A program made the translations under genes and the position numbers. This document shows, in pieces, positions 39,581 to 49,414 of a stretch of DNA of 64,000 nt (positions are counted from its first letter, which is position 1; every line of letters starts with the position of its first letter). The notes beneath the pieces are model-generated. The model was not told the DNA's origin. It ran no database searches and saw only the letters and a program-made list of their open reading frames with translations. Where the stretch lies: NCBI GenBank assembly GCA_024653215.1, contig JANLFU010000010.1, positions 19,625 to 83,624 of the forward strand. The letters are read 5' to 3'. This DNA is from Candidatus Saccharicenans sp. GTDB taxonomy: Bacteria > Acidobacteriota > Aminicenantia > Aminicenantales > Saccharicenantaceae.

Positions 39581-39838
39581 CTAACCTTGCTCCTCGGGCG
39601 GCAGGTCGCCGGCTTCCTGCTGGTCGCGGCGTTCATCCTTCTTAATCTGAACCACATATTTTTTGGATGGCTCCAGCAACTGCTGGACCTCCAGGCAGGC
39701 ATTGCTCAGGGCGCTGGAACTCGGTTTCTTCCGCCGGTAATAAATCCAGCCCCTTCCCTCCATATAAAGCAGAAGCCGGTCCAGTCCAAGAAGCAATCCG
39801 GCCACCAGCCCGATCCAGAGCAGGGTTTTCAAGTTCAT
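39581..39838 (-). CDS. Small hypothetical membrane-anchored protein
   Basis: RBS + ATG, N-terminal TM and EGRGWIYYR motif with a charged tail. Confidence 0.65.
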   Translation of the reverse strand: MNLKTLLWIGLVAGLLLGLDRLLLYMEGRGWIYYRRKKPSSSALSNACLEVQQLLEPSKKYVVQIKKDERRDQQEAGDLPPEEQG

Positions 39839-40043
39839 CCTGACCTTTCTCCGGAGATTTTACAATATTTTCTCCCCACCCAACAACATTCTCTGCCGAG
39901 CCCGGTGGACTGTCCAGGACCATCCCTGAACTGAAGTCCCCTGGTTGCAAATTTTTATCCGTTGTTATCTTAGGTCACCTCTCCCCAATTTCAGGTCTTG
40001 AAGTCTGAAAATACCCGTCCTAAAATTATGGTGCAGGAGGTAT

Positions 40044-40553
40044 TTGCCGATGGGGAGGGTTAAACGCGATCTTCCTGCCTCTATCCTTCCGGCCCTGGTT
40101 ATTTTACTTGCGTTGGCTGGAGCGACTGGCTGCAGGAGTCCCTTCTCTCCGATCGACGACCTGGAAAATATCCCGGAAGCTGTTGTGATCGAAGGGACAA
40201 AAATCACCATGAAGGCTTTCCTTTACCGGGATTTCATGCCGGGCGGTGAGCCGGGCGGCTCACCTCTCATGGCTGGAATCGAACTCACCGCTGAAGGGGC
40301 ATCTCGCTTCCCCGATAACGTCGCGGCCGACAGGCTCTGGGTAACCAACAGGACCGATACCTGGGAAACCGGGTTCGAGTCAGAAATAAGGCCCAAGAGT
40401 CCGGGCGAGCCAAACAAGATTGAGGTTGTGGCCCGCGGCGGCCCGAAATGGGAAATCGGCACGAAAGCCGACGTGGTGGTCAGGCTCAGGGTTAACGGGA
40501 AGCTTTCCCTGTTCATCAAGTCGCTTAACAATGAGGTCGGGGCAGTCTATTAG
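40044..40553 (+). CDS. Hypothetical lipoprotein
   Basis: RBS aggagg, lipobox ATGC, YRDFMP and ARGGPKW motifs. Confidence 0.75.
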   Translation: MPMGRVKRDLPASILPALVILLALAGATGCRSPFSPIDDLENIPEAVVIEGTKITMKAFLYRDFMPGGEPGGSPLMAGIELTAEGASRFPDNVAADRLWVTNRTDTWETGFESEIRPKSPGEPNKIEVVARGGPKWEIGTKADVVVRLRVNGKLSLFIKSLNNEVGAVY

Positions 40554-40692
40554 CTTTAGCCGGGCAGAATAAACAGAAGCCTGGTCGGCGTCGTTATGAT
40601 AGAGGTGAAAAAATTCAACTAAAAAACCTCGCAGCTCAAAGCTAATTTAATTTGGCGATGTTGCCTCATATCATATAAAGGGGGTAAAAGGC

Positions 40693-41730
40693 ATGGCCCA
40701 TAAATTTATATCCAGGAGCTGCTCTTCTGTTGATAAGGGCAGGTTATCCAGCCGGTTTCCGGGCTGGCCCGGTCTCATAACGACTCTAATGTTTCTTTTA
40801 TTCCTCCTGACCCTGACCGCGGGCCCGACTCCTCCCGCCGCCGCTGGCCAGAATGTTCGGTTGAAATTCATACCGGAGCTGACCATCGGCCAGGAAAGCG
40901 GCGACGAAAACTTTATGTTTGGCCACATAAGCTACATTGATGTCGATCCAGATGGAAACATTTACGTCACTGACAGCAAGAACCGCCAGGTGAGGATATT
41001 CGACCGTGACGGCCGCTTCATAAGAAAGATTATCGTCCCCGAGGGGCAGGGGCCTCAAGAACTTAACCAGATAAGCGGTATTGCCGTCACCCCGTCTGGC
41101 CTTCTTTTCATCAACGGCGACCGCAAAATGATAGTCTACGACGGGCAGGGAAATTACCTGCGCACCTTCAAGGTCGATTTCCATGTAAGCTGCATCAGGT
41201 CAGCCGGCTCGGAAGAGGTCATCGGCATCGGGCCGCATGAGGAAAAGATATTACATGTCTTTGACTCCGAAGGCCGGCTGCTTTCCTCCTTCGGGGAAGT
41301 CTTCGAGGTGCCAAAGGATTTCGAGCCGATGAAGATGATGCCCATGTTCGGGGCACCGCTCCTGTTCTCAGCTTCCAAGGACGGCCGGGTTTTCGTCCTG
41401 AATCCTCACCGTTACCAGGTTCTGGTTTTCAGGAACAAGAAGCTTGAAGCCACCGTGGCCGGTTCCAGTGAACTCTACGAGCCACTTGCCAGGATGGGCC
41501 GGGGATTTGTCTCCACCGCGGCCATTATACTTCCGGCCGGGAAGTCCCTGCTCGTTTACTTTGAATACTTTAAGAACCAGGAGCGTGTGGCTGACCTCTT
41601 TCTTGGGGAGAAACAGGTCGGCAGCCTTAAACTTCCGGGAGAGCTTAAAGCCATCGATTACCAGGGCAAGCTGTATATGGTTATCCCGGGTGAATTTCCC
41701 AGGGTAACCCGTTATTCTGTCAGCGAATAA
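40693..41730 (+). CDS. Secreted 6-bladed beta-propeller (NHL-like) protein
   Basis: IDVDPDGNIYVTD..VRIFDRDGRF..GQGPQE repeats after a hydrophobic leader. Confidence 0.85.
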   Translation: MAHKFISRSCSSVDKGRLSSRFPGWPGLITTLMFLLFLLTLTAGPTPPAAAGQNVRLKFIPELTIGQESGDENFMFGHISYIDVDPDGNIYVTDSKNRQVRIFDRDGRFIRKIIVPEGQGPQELNQISGIAVTPSGLLFINGDRKMIVYDGQGNYLRTFKVDFHVSCIRSAGSEEVIGIGPHEEKILHVFDSEGRLLSSFGEVFEVPKDFEPMKMMPMFGAPLLFSASKDGRVFVLNPHRYQVLVFRNKKLEATVAGSSELYEPLARMGRGFVSTAAIILPAGKSLLVYFEYFKNQERVADLFLGEKQVGSLKLPGELKAIDYQGKLYMVIPGEFPRVTRYSVSE

Positions 41731-41844
41731 CGGGGAAAATTTGCCTGGGTGGAATACAATGAGCCGGCCGGCCAGTACGAACTTCATGTTTATTGATAGC
41801 AATGATTCTCTTGAAGATATAATTTGATTCACAGGTAGAAAATT

Positions 41845-41872
41845 GGGGAATGAGTATTGTGTCCCCCGTTCT
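41845..41872. repeat. Degenerate REP-like element (copy 2)
   Basis: ggggaatgagtattgtgtcccccgttct; tattgtgtccccc is the reverse complement of gggggacacaata at 32871-32883. Confidence 0.5.
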
Positions 41873-44800
41873 CACTGCTTATAAATGATTATGGGGCCGA
41901 GAAGGCCGGAAGGAAGCAGCGGGTCGCCCTGCCTGTAAAAACGGTGGGTGGTAAAAGTATAGCGCCTGGTCGGGCGGGGTTCACCTTTTAACAGCCACTC
42001 GGGCCATTTGCCGTCGGCCACTCCATCCCAGGGTTCATTCTCATCGCCGATAAGTCGGTTAACCCAGAGGTTGGCCACTTCAATTTCCAGGAGATTATTT
42101 TTCTTTTTAAGCCCGCCTTTAAGGAGAACCCGGGGCGGGGCCGTCCAGACTATACCCAGCTCTTTTCCATTCAGTTTCACGCGCGCCAGGCAGCGCACTT
42201 CACCCAGGTCAAGGTAAAGCCGGTCCTTCCGGGAAATTTCCGCACCTGCCGGCAAATCGAAGTCTATGCTATATACCGCGGTCCCCGAATAATACCTGAT
42301 ACCCTCGGTCGGGTGTTTCGTCCAGTCAAGCAATTTTTCAAAAATTACTTCCCTTGGGCCTCCCCATTTCGGGTCAAACCAGACTTTCCAGGGACCTGCG
42401 ATTTCCATCAGAGTCCGCGTTTCAGGAAAATTTCTGGATAAGGATTCCAAATTTTTGATGCCCGCTACTTTTCCTTCTAATTTTTTATATTCAAAATTTT
42501 TCTTTACTGGCTCATCCGGTTCACGTTCATTTCTTAATCCGATTTTATTTTCTAACCTGGATTTATTGTCTGATTCAGGGTTAACTCGAGGTTCAACCCC
42601 CTGCTTCCCTTTCTCAAAAACCACAAAGAAGCTCTGGTACGGTTCAAGCCTCACTCCGAGTTCAACGCCGGCCGGCCCGGCTTTCACTCCCTCAAGCTTC
42701 CGGATTTCTCCGGTCGCCGGGTCCCAGAGCTCGGCCCGCAAGGAACCATCTCTGAACCGGCAGACATCTTCCACCCGTTCGCCAGCGCGGTTCGAAATAA
42801 AATAGATTTCGCGCCCATCTTCAGTTAGAGACCGGTGAGTGTAGCGAATTTTCCCGGTGCTGCAGGTAAAATCGGGCTCGACACCCATCTTTTCGAGCAC
42901 CGCCACCGTGTCTTCATAATCAGGATAAAGCCGGGCCTCAAGCGGGCTGGAATCACTTCTCACCGGCGCCGGACTCAGGTTACCGCCCCAGAATATTTTT
43001 CCCTTTCCATAATCGCGCCCGGTGGAATCTTTCGGCCGCTCCAGGCTTCCCCAGACCTTTTCGGCTGCTTCCTTAACCAGCCGGTCGCAGTCGGGATAAT
43101 TTTCCAGGGAAGGCGACCTCCAGGGTGGACTGCCGATGACCACCGCTCCCTCCCTTACCAGCTCTTCAATCCTAGCCAGGAGCTCGGGCGTCATGGTTTC
43201 CAGGGCAGGAAGAATCAGAAGCCGGTAGGAAGCTCCTCCCGGAAAAACTATTCTCCCATCTTTGACCTTAGCCAGCTTCATCAGCGCCGTCGGAGAACAA
43301 CCATCAAAAGCGTAACCGCGCTTGTCAGGAAGGAATTCTGTACCGTCAGTGGCCCCGCCTGCCGGCCTGAAAACCTGCGGCGCCCCTTCAGGCGTCAGGT
43401 ACAAAATATCAGCCACCGGCTTCCCCTGGCTCAGGAGAAACTGGCACCTGGCAATGTATTCATGATACGGCCTGACCATCGACCACCAGGTCTGGCCGCG
43501 GTCCCAGTGCACACCGTAGGGCCCCATGGTCATTCCCGGCTTAAGCTCATCGTCGAGTGGATTATGGACAAAGGTATGAAAAATCAGCCGGTTCAATCCC
43601 TGGCAGAAAGCCCAGTCAGTCTGGTTTTTCATGTTAACGGGGTATTTCTTCCAGGCTTCCTGGGGCATAGCCGTAAATGATTCGGCCGCAATCACCGGCC
43701 GTCCCATCACATGTCCGATGGAAGTGGCTTCAATAACGCTGAAGGCCGAATTAAAACCGTAGCCGTCGCTCCAGAACTCACCCATGGGCACATCGGCCAC
43801 GGCTCCCAGGTCGAAATCAGCCGCCGGGTTCATATCGTAGGGCTCGATTGAAAGGGTAAACCCGTATCTCCGACCGAGCTCCTTGAATTTCTCGGCATGA
43901 TTTTCCACAATGAGTTCGCTCGAGGTACGTCTCAGGTCCCAGAGAAAACGCTCGCTTTCTTCCAGGCTGCCAACAATTCGGCCAGCATAAACTGGATAAA
44001 AGGGCAAAGGATCATAGCCACGACGGCGCTTGAATTCTTCCCGGAAATTCTGCGAGAAGTTCTGGGCCCCCATTTCCCAGCTGTCGATGTGGATCATGAC
44101 CCAGCCACCGCCGGCTGGTGTCTTCTGCGGCCTGGCCCGGTTGATGAGCTTTCCCGCGTAGGCTTCAAAATGGGCCTCAAAGGCTTCACGGCTGAACTTG
44201 TCGCACTCAAATCCCAGCCCCGGCACCGGAGCCGGCCTGGTCACCGCACCGTTATTCCTGGCGACAAACCGCATTACCGTCCAGCGCCCGGGCGGCACTT
44301 CCCAGGCCAGGCTGCCGTCGGGCTGCAGGCGCTCGGTCAGGTTCACAATACGGTCAGGAGATATGGCGGCTTTCATCAGTTCCCGTTTCTTGTTCCCGCA
44401 GTTATCAATTGCTTCCACACCAAACGGCGGCGGAAGATAAGGCCAGACACCTGGTTGCGAGGTATAAGGCGCGCGGTAATAGAGAGCCTTCTCATCTATC
44501 AACGAAATTCTTGCCTCAGCTTCAGGCGCCGGAAAAGCCAGCACGGCCACATCCCGGTACCATTCATCGCGGAGTTTTTCCAGTTCCGGGGTCAGGCTTC
44601 CCTCGCCGAAAAAGGGTTTTTTAGGTTCGGGCAGGGGCAGCTTCAAATTCTTGGCGCCCGGGCCACTGACTGTAACTTCGGAAGCTACCAGGTGCTGCAT
44701 CGATTGTTCTGGCCGGACCCAGGGCCCGCCGCTTCCGGCCCAGCCCGGACCGGAACCGAGGATGAGCCTTATTCCCAGCCTCTCCGCTTCCCTGACCGCG

Positions 44801-45150
44801 TGGGTGAAAAGCTCCTGCCACTCCTTGCTCAGGAAATCAACCTTTCCCCTCGGCACACCCACGTTGACTTCCAGGAAAAGGGCCCACCTGATACCGGCTC
44901 TTTTCATGGCCTCGAGATCCGCCGTCATTTTCTCCTGGCTCAGATTGCCATCCATGAAGTACCAGTAAACGCCCGGCCAGAAGTCATCGGGTGGCGAGGT
45001 GAACCCCTTTTTCAGGGCAGATTCTTTTGAAGGCAGGCAGCCCTGGTGGAACAGAGAAAGAGCCGCTATTACAATGATAAATAAAGAGAACGATACCGAC
45101 CCGGCCACACTTAGAGCAGGCCTGGTAGCTTTTGTGTTTTTATCAAGCAT
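41872..45150 (-). CDS. GH106 alpha-L-rhamnosidase-like glycoside hydrolase (probably a lipoprotein)
   Basis: PGVYWYFMDGN, GPGWAGSGGPW, HIDSWE, VPMGEFW, AAESFT and C-terminal LLPSGLLGP. Start is ATG 45150 or TTG 45174. Confidence 0.88.
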   Translation of the reverse strand: MLDKNTKATRPALSVAGSVSFSLFIIVIAALSLFHQGCLPSKESALKKGFTSPPDDFWPGVYWYFMDGNLSQEKMTADLEAMKRAGIRWALFLEVNVGVPRGKVDFLSKEWQELFTHAVREAERLGIRLILGSGPGWAGSGGPWVRPEQSMQHLVASEVTVSGPGAKNLKLPLPEPKKPFFGEGSLTPELEKLRDEWYRDVAVLAFPAPEAEARISLIDEKALYYRAPYTSQPGVWPYLPPPFGVEAIDNCGNKKRELMKAAISPDRIVNLTERLQPDGSLAWEVPPGRWTVMRFVARNNGAVTRPAPVPGLGFECDKFSREAFEAHFEAYAGKLINRARPQKTPAGGGWVMIHIDSWEMGAQNFSQNFREEFKRRRGYDPLPFYPVYAGRIVGSLEESERFLWDLRRTSSELIVENHAEKFKELGRRYGFTLSIEPYDMNPAADFDLGAVADVPMGEFWSDGYGFNSAFSVIEATSIGHVMGRPVIAAESFTAMPQEAWKKYPVNMKNQTDWAFCQGLNRLIFHTFVHNPLDDELKPGMTMGPYGVHWDRGQTWWSMVRPYHEYIARCQFLLSQGKPVADILYLTPEGAPQVFRPAGGATDGTEFLPDKRGYAFDGCSPTALMKLAKVKDGRIVFPGGASYRLLILPALETMTPELLARIEELVREGAVVIGSPPWRSPSLENYPDCDRLVKEAAEKVWGSLERPKDSTGRDYGKGKIFWGGNLSPAPVRSDSSPLEARLYPDYEDTVAVLEKMGVEPDFTCSTGKIRYTHRSLTEDGREIYFISNRAGERVEDVCRFRDGSLRAELWDPATGEIRKLEGVKAGPAGVELGVRLEPYQSFFVVFEKGKQGVEPRVNPESDNKSRLENKIGLRNEREPDEPVKKNFEYKKLEGKVAGIKNLESLSRNFPETRTLMEIAGPWKVWFDPKWGGPREVIFEKLLDWTKHPTEGIRYYSGTAVYSIDFDLPAGAEISRKDRLYLDLGEVRCLARVKLNGKELGIVWTAPPRVLLKGGLKKKNNLLEIEVANLWVNRLIGDENEPWDGVADGKWPEWLLKGEPRPTRRYTFTTHRFYRQGDPLLPSGLLGPIIIYKQ

Positions 45151-45196
45151 ATTAAACCTTGAACCCTCAGACAAAATTTAAGAACCCGACCCGACC

Positions 45197-45298
45197 AGAA
45201 TAAAACTCCGGCAGAAATGGTGTCAAGAAATTCCTCACTGAGAAACCAACTTAAAAGAGTTCCCTGGTTTGACAGCCGCGGAAGGCAAAACTTATAAT
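45197..45298. promoter_or_regulatory. Back-to-back divergent sigma70 promoters (rhamnosidase / isomerase)
   Basis: Plus strand TTGACA(45269)-N18-TATAAT(45293); minus strand TTGACA(45226)-N18-TATTCT(45202). Confidence 0.6.
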
Positions 45299-45557
45299 CC
45301 GGCCGTAAGGCCTGAGGACCAGAGGAAAATGCGCTCCAGGTACGCCCCTGTTCTGTTCCTTAACCTGAAATGTTCAAAAAGGTGCCAGCCACATACTCCT
45401 GGTTTCCGGCTGGAACACCTGGACTCAATTTACAGCCTGTCTGAAAACATTGCGCAAATAAAAAGCGATGACTTATGGGCCGGAAAACGTTAATTTATTT
45501 AACTTGCGGGCGACAGGAAAAGCCCGGCGCTGAAAATGGCAGTAAAGGGAGGCAAGA

Positions 45558-47120
45558 ATGACGTCCAGAACCAAAATCCATAGTGGGTTCTTATCATCAT
45601 TAATTTTAACGTCCACATTCATTTTTCTGATTTCAGGTCTGGCCCTGGCTGGCAACACGGGAGCGCCGAATGTTCAGGCCGCCAAAGGCGAACTCAATCC
45701 AGCGTCGGTGAAAATTGGCCTGTTCGGCATCGGGCTTAACACCTACTGGGGACAGTTTGCCGGCCTGCGCGACCGGCTGGAGGGCTATCTCAAGACCATA
45801 GAAACCAGGCTGTCTTCGGGCCAGGGTTGCCAGGTCATCTCCGCCGGCCTGGTGGACTCCGTGGATAAGGCCAGGGAAGCAGCCAGCCTGTTCAAGGCTC
45901 GTGAGGTGCGAATCATTTTTCTCTATGTCTCCACCTATGCCCTGTCCTCAACCGTTCTGCCGGTCGTTCAGGAAGTTAAGGTTCCGGTCATCGTCCTCAA
46001 CCTGCAGCCCGCACCTGCCATCGATTACAGGTGGTTTAACTCCCTCGGCGACCGGGGCAAGATGACCGGCGAATGGCTGGCCTTCTGCCAGGCCTGCTCG
46101 GTCCCGGAAATAGCCAACGTCTTCAGCCGGGCCGGAATTGACTTTCACCTGGTAACCGGAACTCTCGATGATCCCGAAGCCTGGAAAGAAATCGGGGAAT
46201 GGGTGGAAGCCGCCCGCGTGGCTGAAATCCTGGGCCGAACCACCCTCGGCATTCTCGGGCATTATTACAGCGGTATGCTCGACGTCTATTCTGACCCGAC
46301 CCAGCTGGCAGCCAGCCTTGGACTTCATATCGAATTCCTGGAAATGGCTGAACTAAAAGTCCTCAGGCAGAAAGTAACCAGGAAAGAAATCGAGGCCAAA
46401 ATCAAGGAAATGCAGGCCACCTTCAAAATTCTGCCGGAATGTTCCCCGGCAGAAATTGAACGGGCGGCCAGGACCGCCTGCGCCCTGGATCGCCTGGTAG
46501 CCGAAAAGAACCTGGGCTGCGTGGCTTACTATTATGAAGGAACTCCCGGAAGCGAAGAAGAAGACATCGTTACTTCCATGATTGCCGGGAACTCCCTTCT
46601 GACCGCCCGGCACGTGCCCATGGCCGGGGAAGGCGAGCTCAAGAATGCCGTGGCCATGAAAATTATGGATGCCTTCGGCGCCGGCGGCTCCTTCACCGAG
46701 TTCTACGCCATGGACTTTAACGAGGGCGTGGTGCTCATGGGCCACGATGGCCCGGGCCACGTTGGCATAGCCGAAGGCCAGCCGCTGCTCAAGCCGCTCG
46801 GCGTTTTCCACGGCAAGCCGGGTCGAGGCCTGAGCATTGAAATGAAGGTAAAAAACGGGCCGGTGACCCTGCTGTCGGTGGTGCAGACCAGGAACGGGGA
46901 ACTCAAGCTGCTGGTGGCCGAAGGCGAATCGGTTCCCGGACCCATCCTGGAAATCGGCAATACCAACAGCCGCTACAAGTTCCCGCTGGGCGTAAAGGGT
47001 TTCATAGAAGCCTGGAGCAAAGAAGGCCCGGCCCATCACTGCGCTGTTGGCCTCGGCCATATTGCCTCAAAGATTCAGAAACTGGCCGCCATAATGGGCC
47101 TGAAATTCGTCAGGGTCTGA
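45558..47120 (+). CDS. L-arabinose/L-fucose isomerase family protein with apparent N-terminal signal peptide
   Basis: KIGLFGIGL.TYW and AraA-type metal ligands GEGE, FTEF, MGHDG and HHC; RBS gggagg before ATG 45558. Confidence 0.88.
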   Translation: MTSRTKIHSGFLSSLILTSTFIFLISGLALAGNTGAPNVQAAKGELNPASVKIGLFGIGLNTYWGQFAGLRDRLEGYLKTIETRLSSGQGCQVISAGLVDSVDKAREAASLFKAREVRIIFLYVSTYALSSTVLPVVQEVKVPVIVLNLQPAPAIDYRWFNSLGDRGKMTGEWLAFCQACSVPEIANVFSRAGIDFHLVTGTLDDPEAWKEIGEWVEAARVAEILGRTTLGILGHYYSGMLDVYSDPTQLAASLGLHIEFLEMAELKVLRQKVTRKEIEAKIKEMQATFKILPECSPAEIERAARTACALDRLVAEKNLGCVAYYYEGTPGSEEEDIVTSMIAGNSLLTARHVPMAGEGELKNAVAMKIMDAFGAGGSFTEFYAMDFNEGVVLMGHDGPGHVGIAEGQPLLKPLGVFHGKPGRGLSIEMKVKNGPVTLLSVVQTRNGELKLLVAEGESVPGPILEIGNTNSRYKFPLGVKGFIEAWSKEGPAHHCAVGLGHIASKIQKLAAIMGLKFVRV

Positions 47121-47364
47121 ACGGGGAGCGGTAATTACAGCCTGTTGATTATCTACAACTCATTCAGGAAAAGACGGCTAATTTTTTAACATTCTGAACC
47201 AATAAGGGCTGAAATCGACGAGGCTATTTCTAACCCTGCAATGGACTTGACTTTTGCCATTTAAGAAGTTGATAAAGAATAAATTAAACCCATCCCCGAA
47301 CATATAAAAATCTACTTGACACCCCCGTCGGAAATCATAATCATATTAATCAAGGAGGGCCAAA

Positions 47365-48996
47365 ATGTTTACCAGGGTTAAAGGGAGTATTCTTTTCTTT
47401 TTTCTGGCGGGGCTGGCTGTTTCGCTGCTGGTTTTCTTCGCGCCGGCAGCCGGCCAGGAGCGCCTGGTAGCAAAAAAATCCACGCTCCGGACCAATTCCC
47501 TGCTATTTGTCCCGAAAACGACACTGCTGGCCGTGGGCGACAGCCTGACCCAGGGTACCAGGGACGCCACTAACAACCAGTACCATCTGCAGAATGCTTA
47601 CCTGCAGAAGGTGGCCAATAAGCTGAGCCTGGTTCTGCCGTTGAAATTCAGCCAGGCTTGGCTCGATGTCAACGGCACCCGGCTTAACCCCCTGACCGTT
47701 CCCAGCAACCTCGGCGTCGACGGAGAGGACATCTTTTCGGTGGAAGGCTACGAATACTACAAGCGGGCCGGTACCAGTTCAAATTATATCTCATCAGATT
47801 ACCTCTGCGACCGGCTTCAGCCCTACCTTTTCACCGACATGCACGACAGGGTGCTCTACCCGATTAACATCCTGGCCGGAAAGCCGGTCAGCCAGATCGA
47901 TGCCCTGATCTGGCACCTGAACAATCGGACCGGACCAGCCATTGTCATTTTCTGGGTGGGAAACAACGATGCCGCTCTGTCGACGCTGGGCCTCGGGGGG
48001 CAGAACCCGCAGTACCTGCCCATTCCGTTTGACCAGATCAAGGACAGGCTGAAACCGGTAGTAAGTTACCTTCTGAACTACGGGCTAAGCCAGGGAGCCA
48101 TTGCTTTTGAGCCATACACCCCGGCCCAGATCGGCCACAACCTGACCGATATTGCCGATTTCCAGGCCCAGCTCAGCCGGCTGGTCACCAGGATTAACCT
48201 CAACCGCTCCGGGGTCAAGTATTTCTTCCTGACCTATCCTTACTACCCAGAAATCGGCTACCTCATGGGCAAAGAGGACCTGGAATTCTATTTGACCAAC
48301 AAGCTGGGCTATGCTGTCCCCGACGGCTTTACAGGCCGGATTCCGCTTCTAACCTTCCTCTGCCTCTATGAGCTAGCCAGGGAAGGCGAGTTTGGCCGGA
48401 TTGGTACCGTTCTGGCCAACGACCGGCTGGTCATGAGCCCGGATGAAGCCTTGATTATCAAAAACCGCATTGACCTGTTCAACGCCGCCGTCAAGTCGCT
48501 GAGCGGCCGGCCAAATTCTTACATTGTGGATATTGGTGACAGGCTCAACCAGACCTTCTCCACCGGCCTGCCGGTTGGCAGCTATACTCTGACCCGGAAC
48601 TGGGGGCGCGGTGGCTCTTTTTCCCTGGACGGCGTGCACGCCGGGCATACTGTCCATGCTCATATTGCCAATATTGTTCTTGAGGCCATAAACAATGCCA
48701 CCGGCCTGAACGCTCCGCTCTGGGACCTGGCCTCGGTCCTGCCTTCTGACCCCTATTTTGATTTCGACGGCGACGGCTGGGTGCCCGGGCCGAACCTGGC
48801 GGCTTCGGGCCGGACCAAAATCCTCTACCTGTTCAAGGACTACCAGGAAGGCGTTTACGGCCCGGCAGTAATTGACACCATGACCCCTGCTGACGTCTGG
48901 TCGCTTATCTCCGATGCCCTGCTGGAAGAGATTCTCGGTATTTCCTTGATCAGGGCTGAAGCTGAAAGAATTGGCGTGGTTCAGCTTAAAAAATAA
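47365..48996 (+). CDS. Secreted SGNH/GDSL hydrolase
   Basis: GDSL, NLGVDG, VGNND and SLDGVH blocks; signal peptide. Confidence 0.85.
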   Translation: MFTRVKGSILFFFLAGLAVSLLVFFAPAAGQERLVAKKSTLRTNSLLFVPKTTLLAVGDSLTQGTRDATNNQYHLQNAYLQKVANKLSLVLPLKFSQAWLDVNGTRLNPLTVPSNLGVDGEDIFSVEGYEYYKRAGTSSNYISSDYLCDRLQPYLFTDMHDRVLYPINILAGKPVSQIDALIWHLNNRTGPAIVIFWVGNNDAALSTLGLGGQNPQYLPIPFDQIKDRLKPVVSYLLNYGLSQGAIAFEPYTPAQIGHNLTDIADFQAQLSRLVTRINLNRSGVKYFFLTYPYYPEIGYLMGKEDLEFYLTNKLGYAVPDGFTGRIPLLTFLCLYELAREGEFGRIGTVLANDRLVMSPDEALIIKNRIDLFNAAVKSLSGRPNSYIVDIGDRLNQTFSTGLPVGSYTLTRNWGRGGSFSLDGVHAGHTVHAHIANIVLEAINNATGLNAPLWDLASVLPSDPYFDFDGDGWVPGPNLAASGRTKILYLFKDYQEGVYGPAVIDTMTPADVWSLISDALLEEILGISLIRAEAERIGVVQLKK

Positions 48997-49414
48997 TTGC
49001 CGGTATCGAGAACGGAATTTCCTGTAAAACGGAGCCATCTCAATTGTCCAGAGAGGACCTTCTCATTGCCGGCTGAAGAGCTTGCAGGGAAAACACTTAT
49101 AATCAAAGGAGTGATTTCTTTTGCCTTGAAAGGGAAAACATCGATAACTTCTTGGTCATGATGAGAATCACCCTGCGGGATAAAAGGCGATCAAGTTACC
49201 TAAGGTTGGAGATATTTGTGGCAGGATAGCCAGGAAGGGACAGAATTTCATTCGCAAATAAAGCCTGGAAAATAAGCGGGAAAACCGGAGCAGAGTTCTT
49301 CTGGTGCCTGATGTCCGGATTTGCCGGTCGCCGGCTCGACGCTGGAATAAGAACTGGAAATAAATAAAATAGTTATAAAAACCCTGATATTTCCTGGCAG
49401 GAAGGGAGAAACAA

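Noticed and set aside
41901-41920. gaaggccggaaggaagcagc resembles the SRP (4.5S) RNA domain IV signature, and ffh is in the window
   Set aside because: It is the antisense of the conserved LLPSGLL codons at the GH106 C-terminus, and there is no flanking long hairpin.
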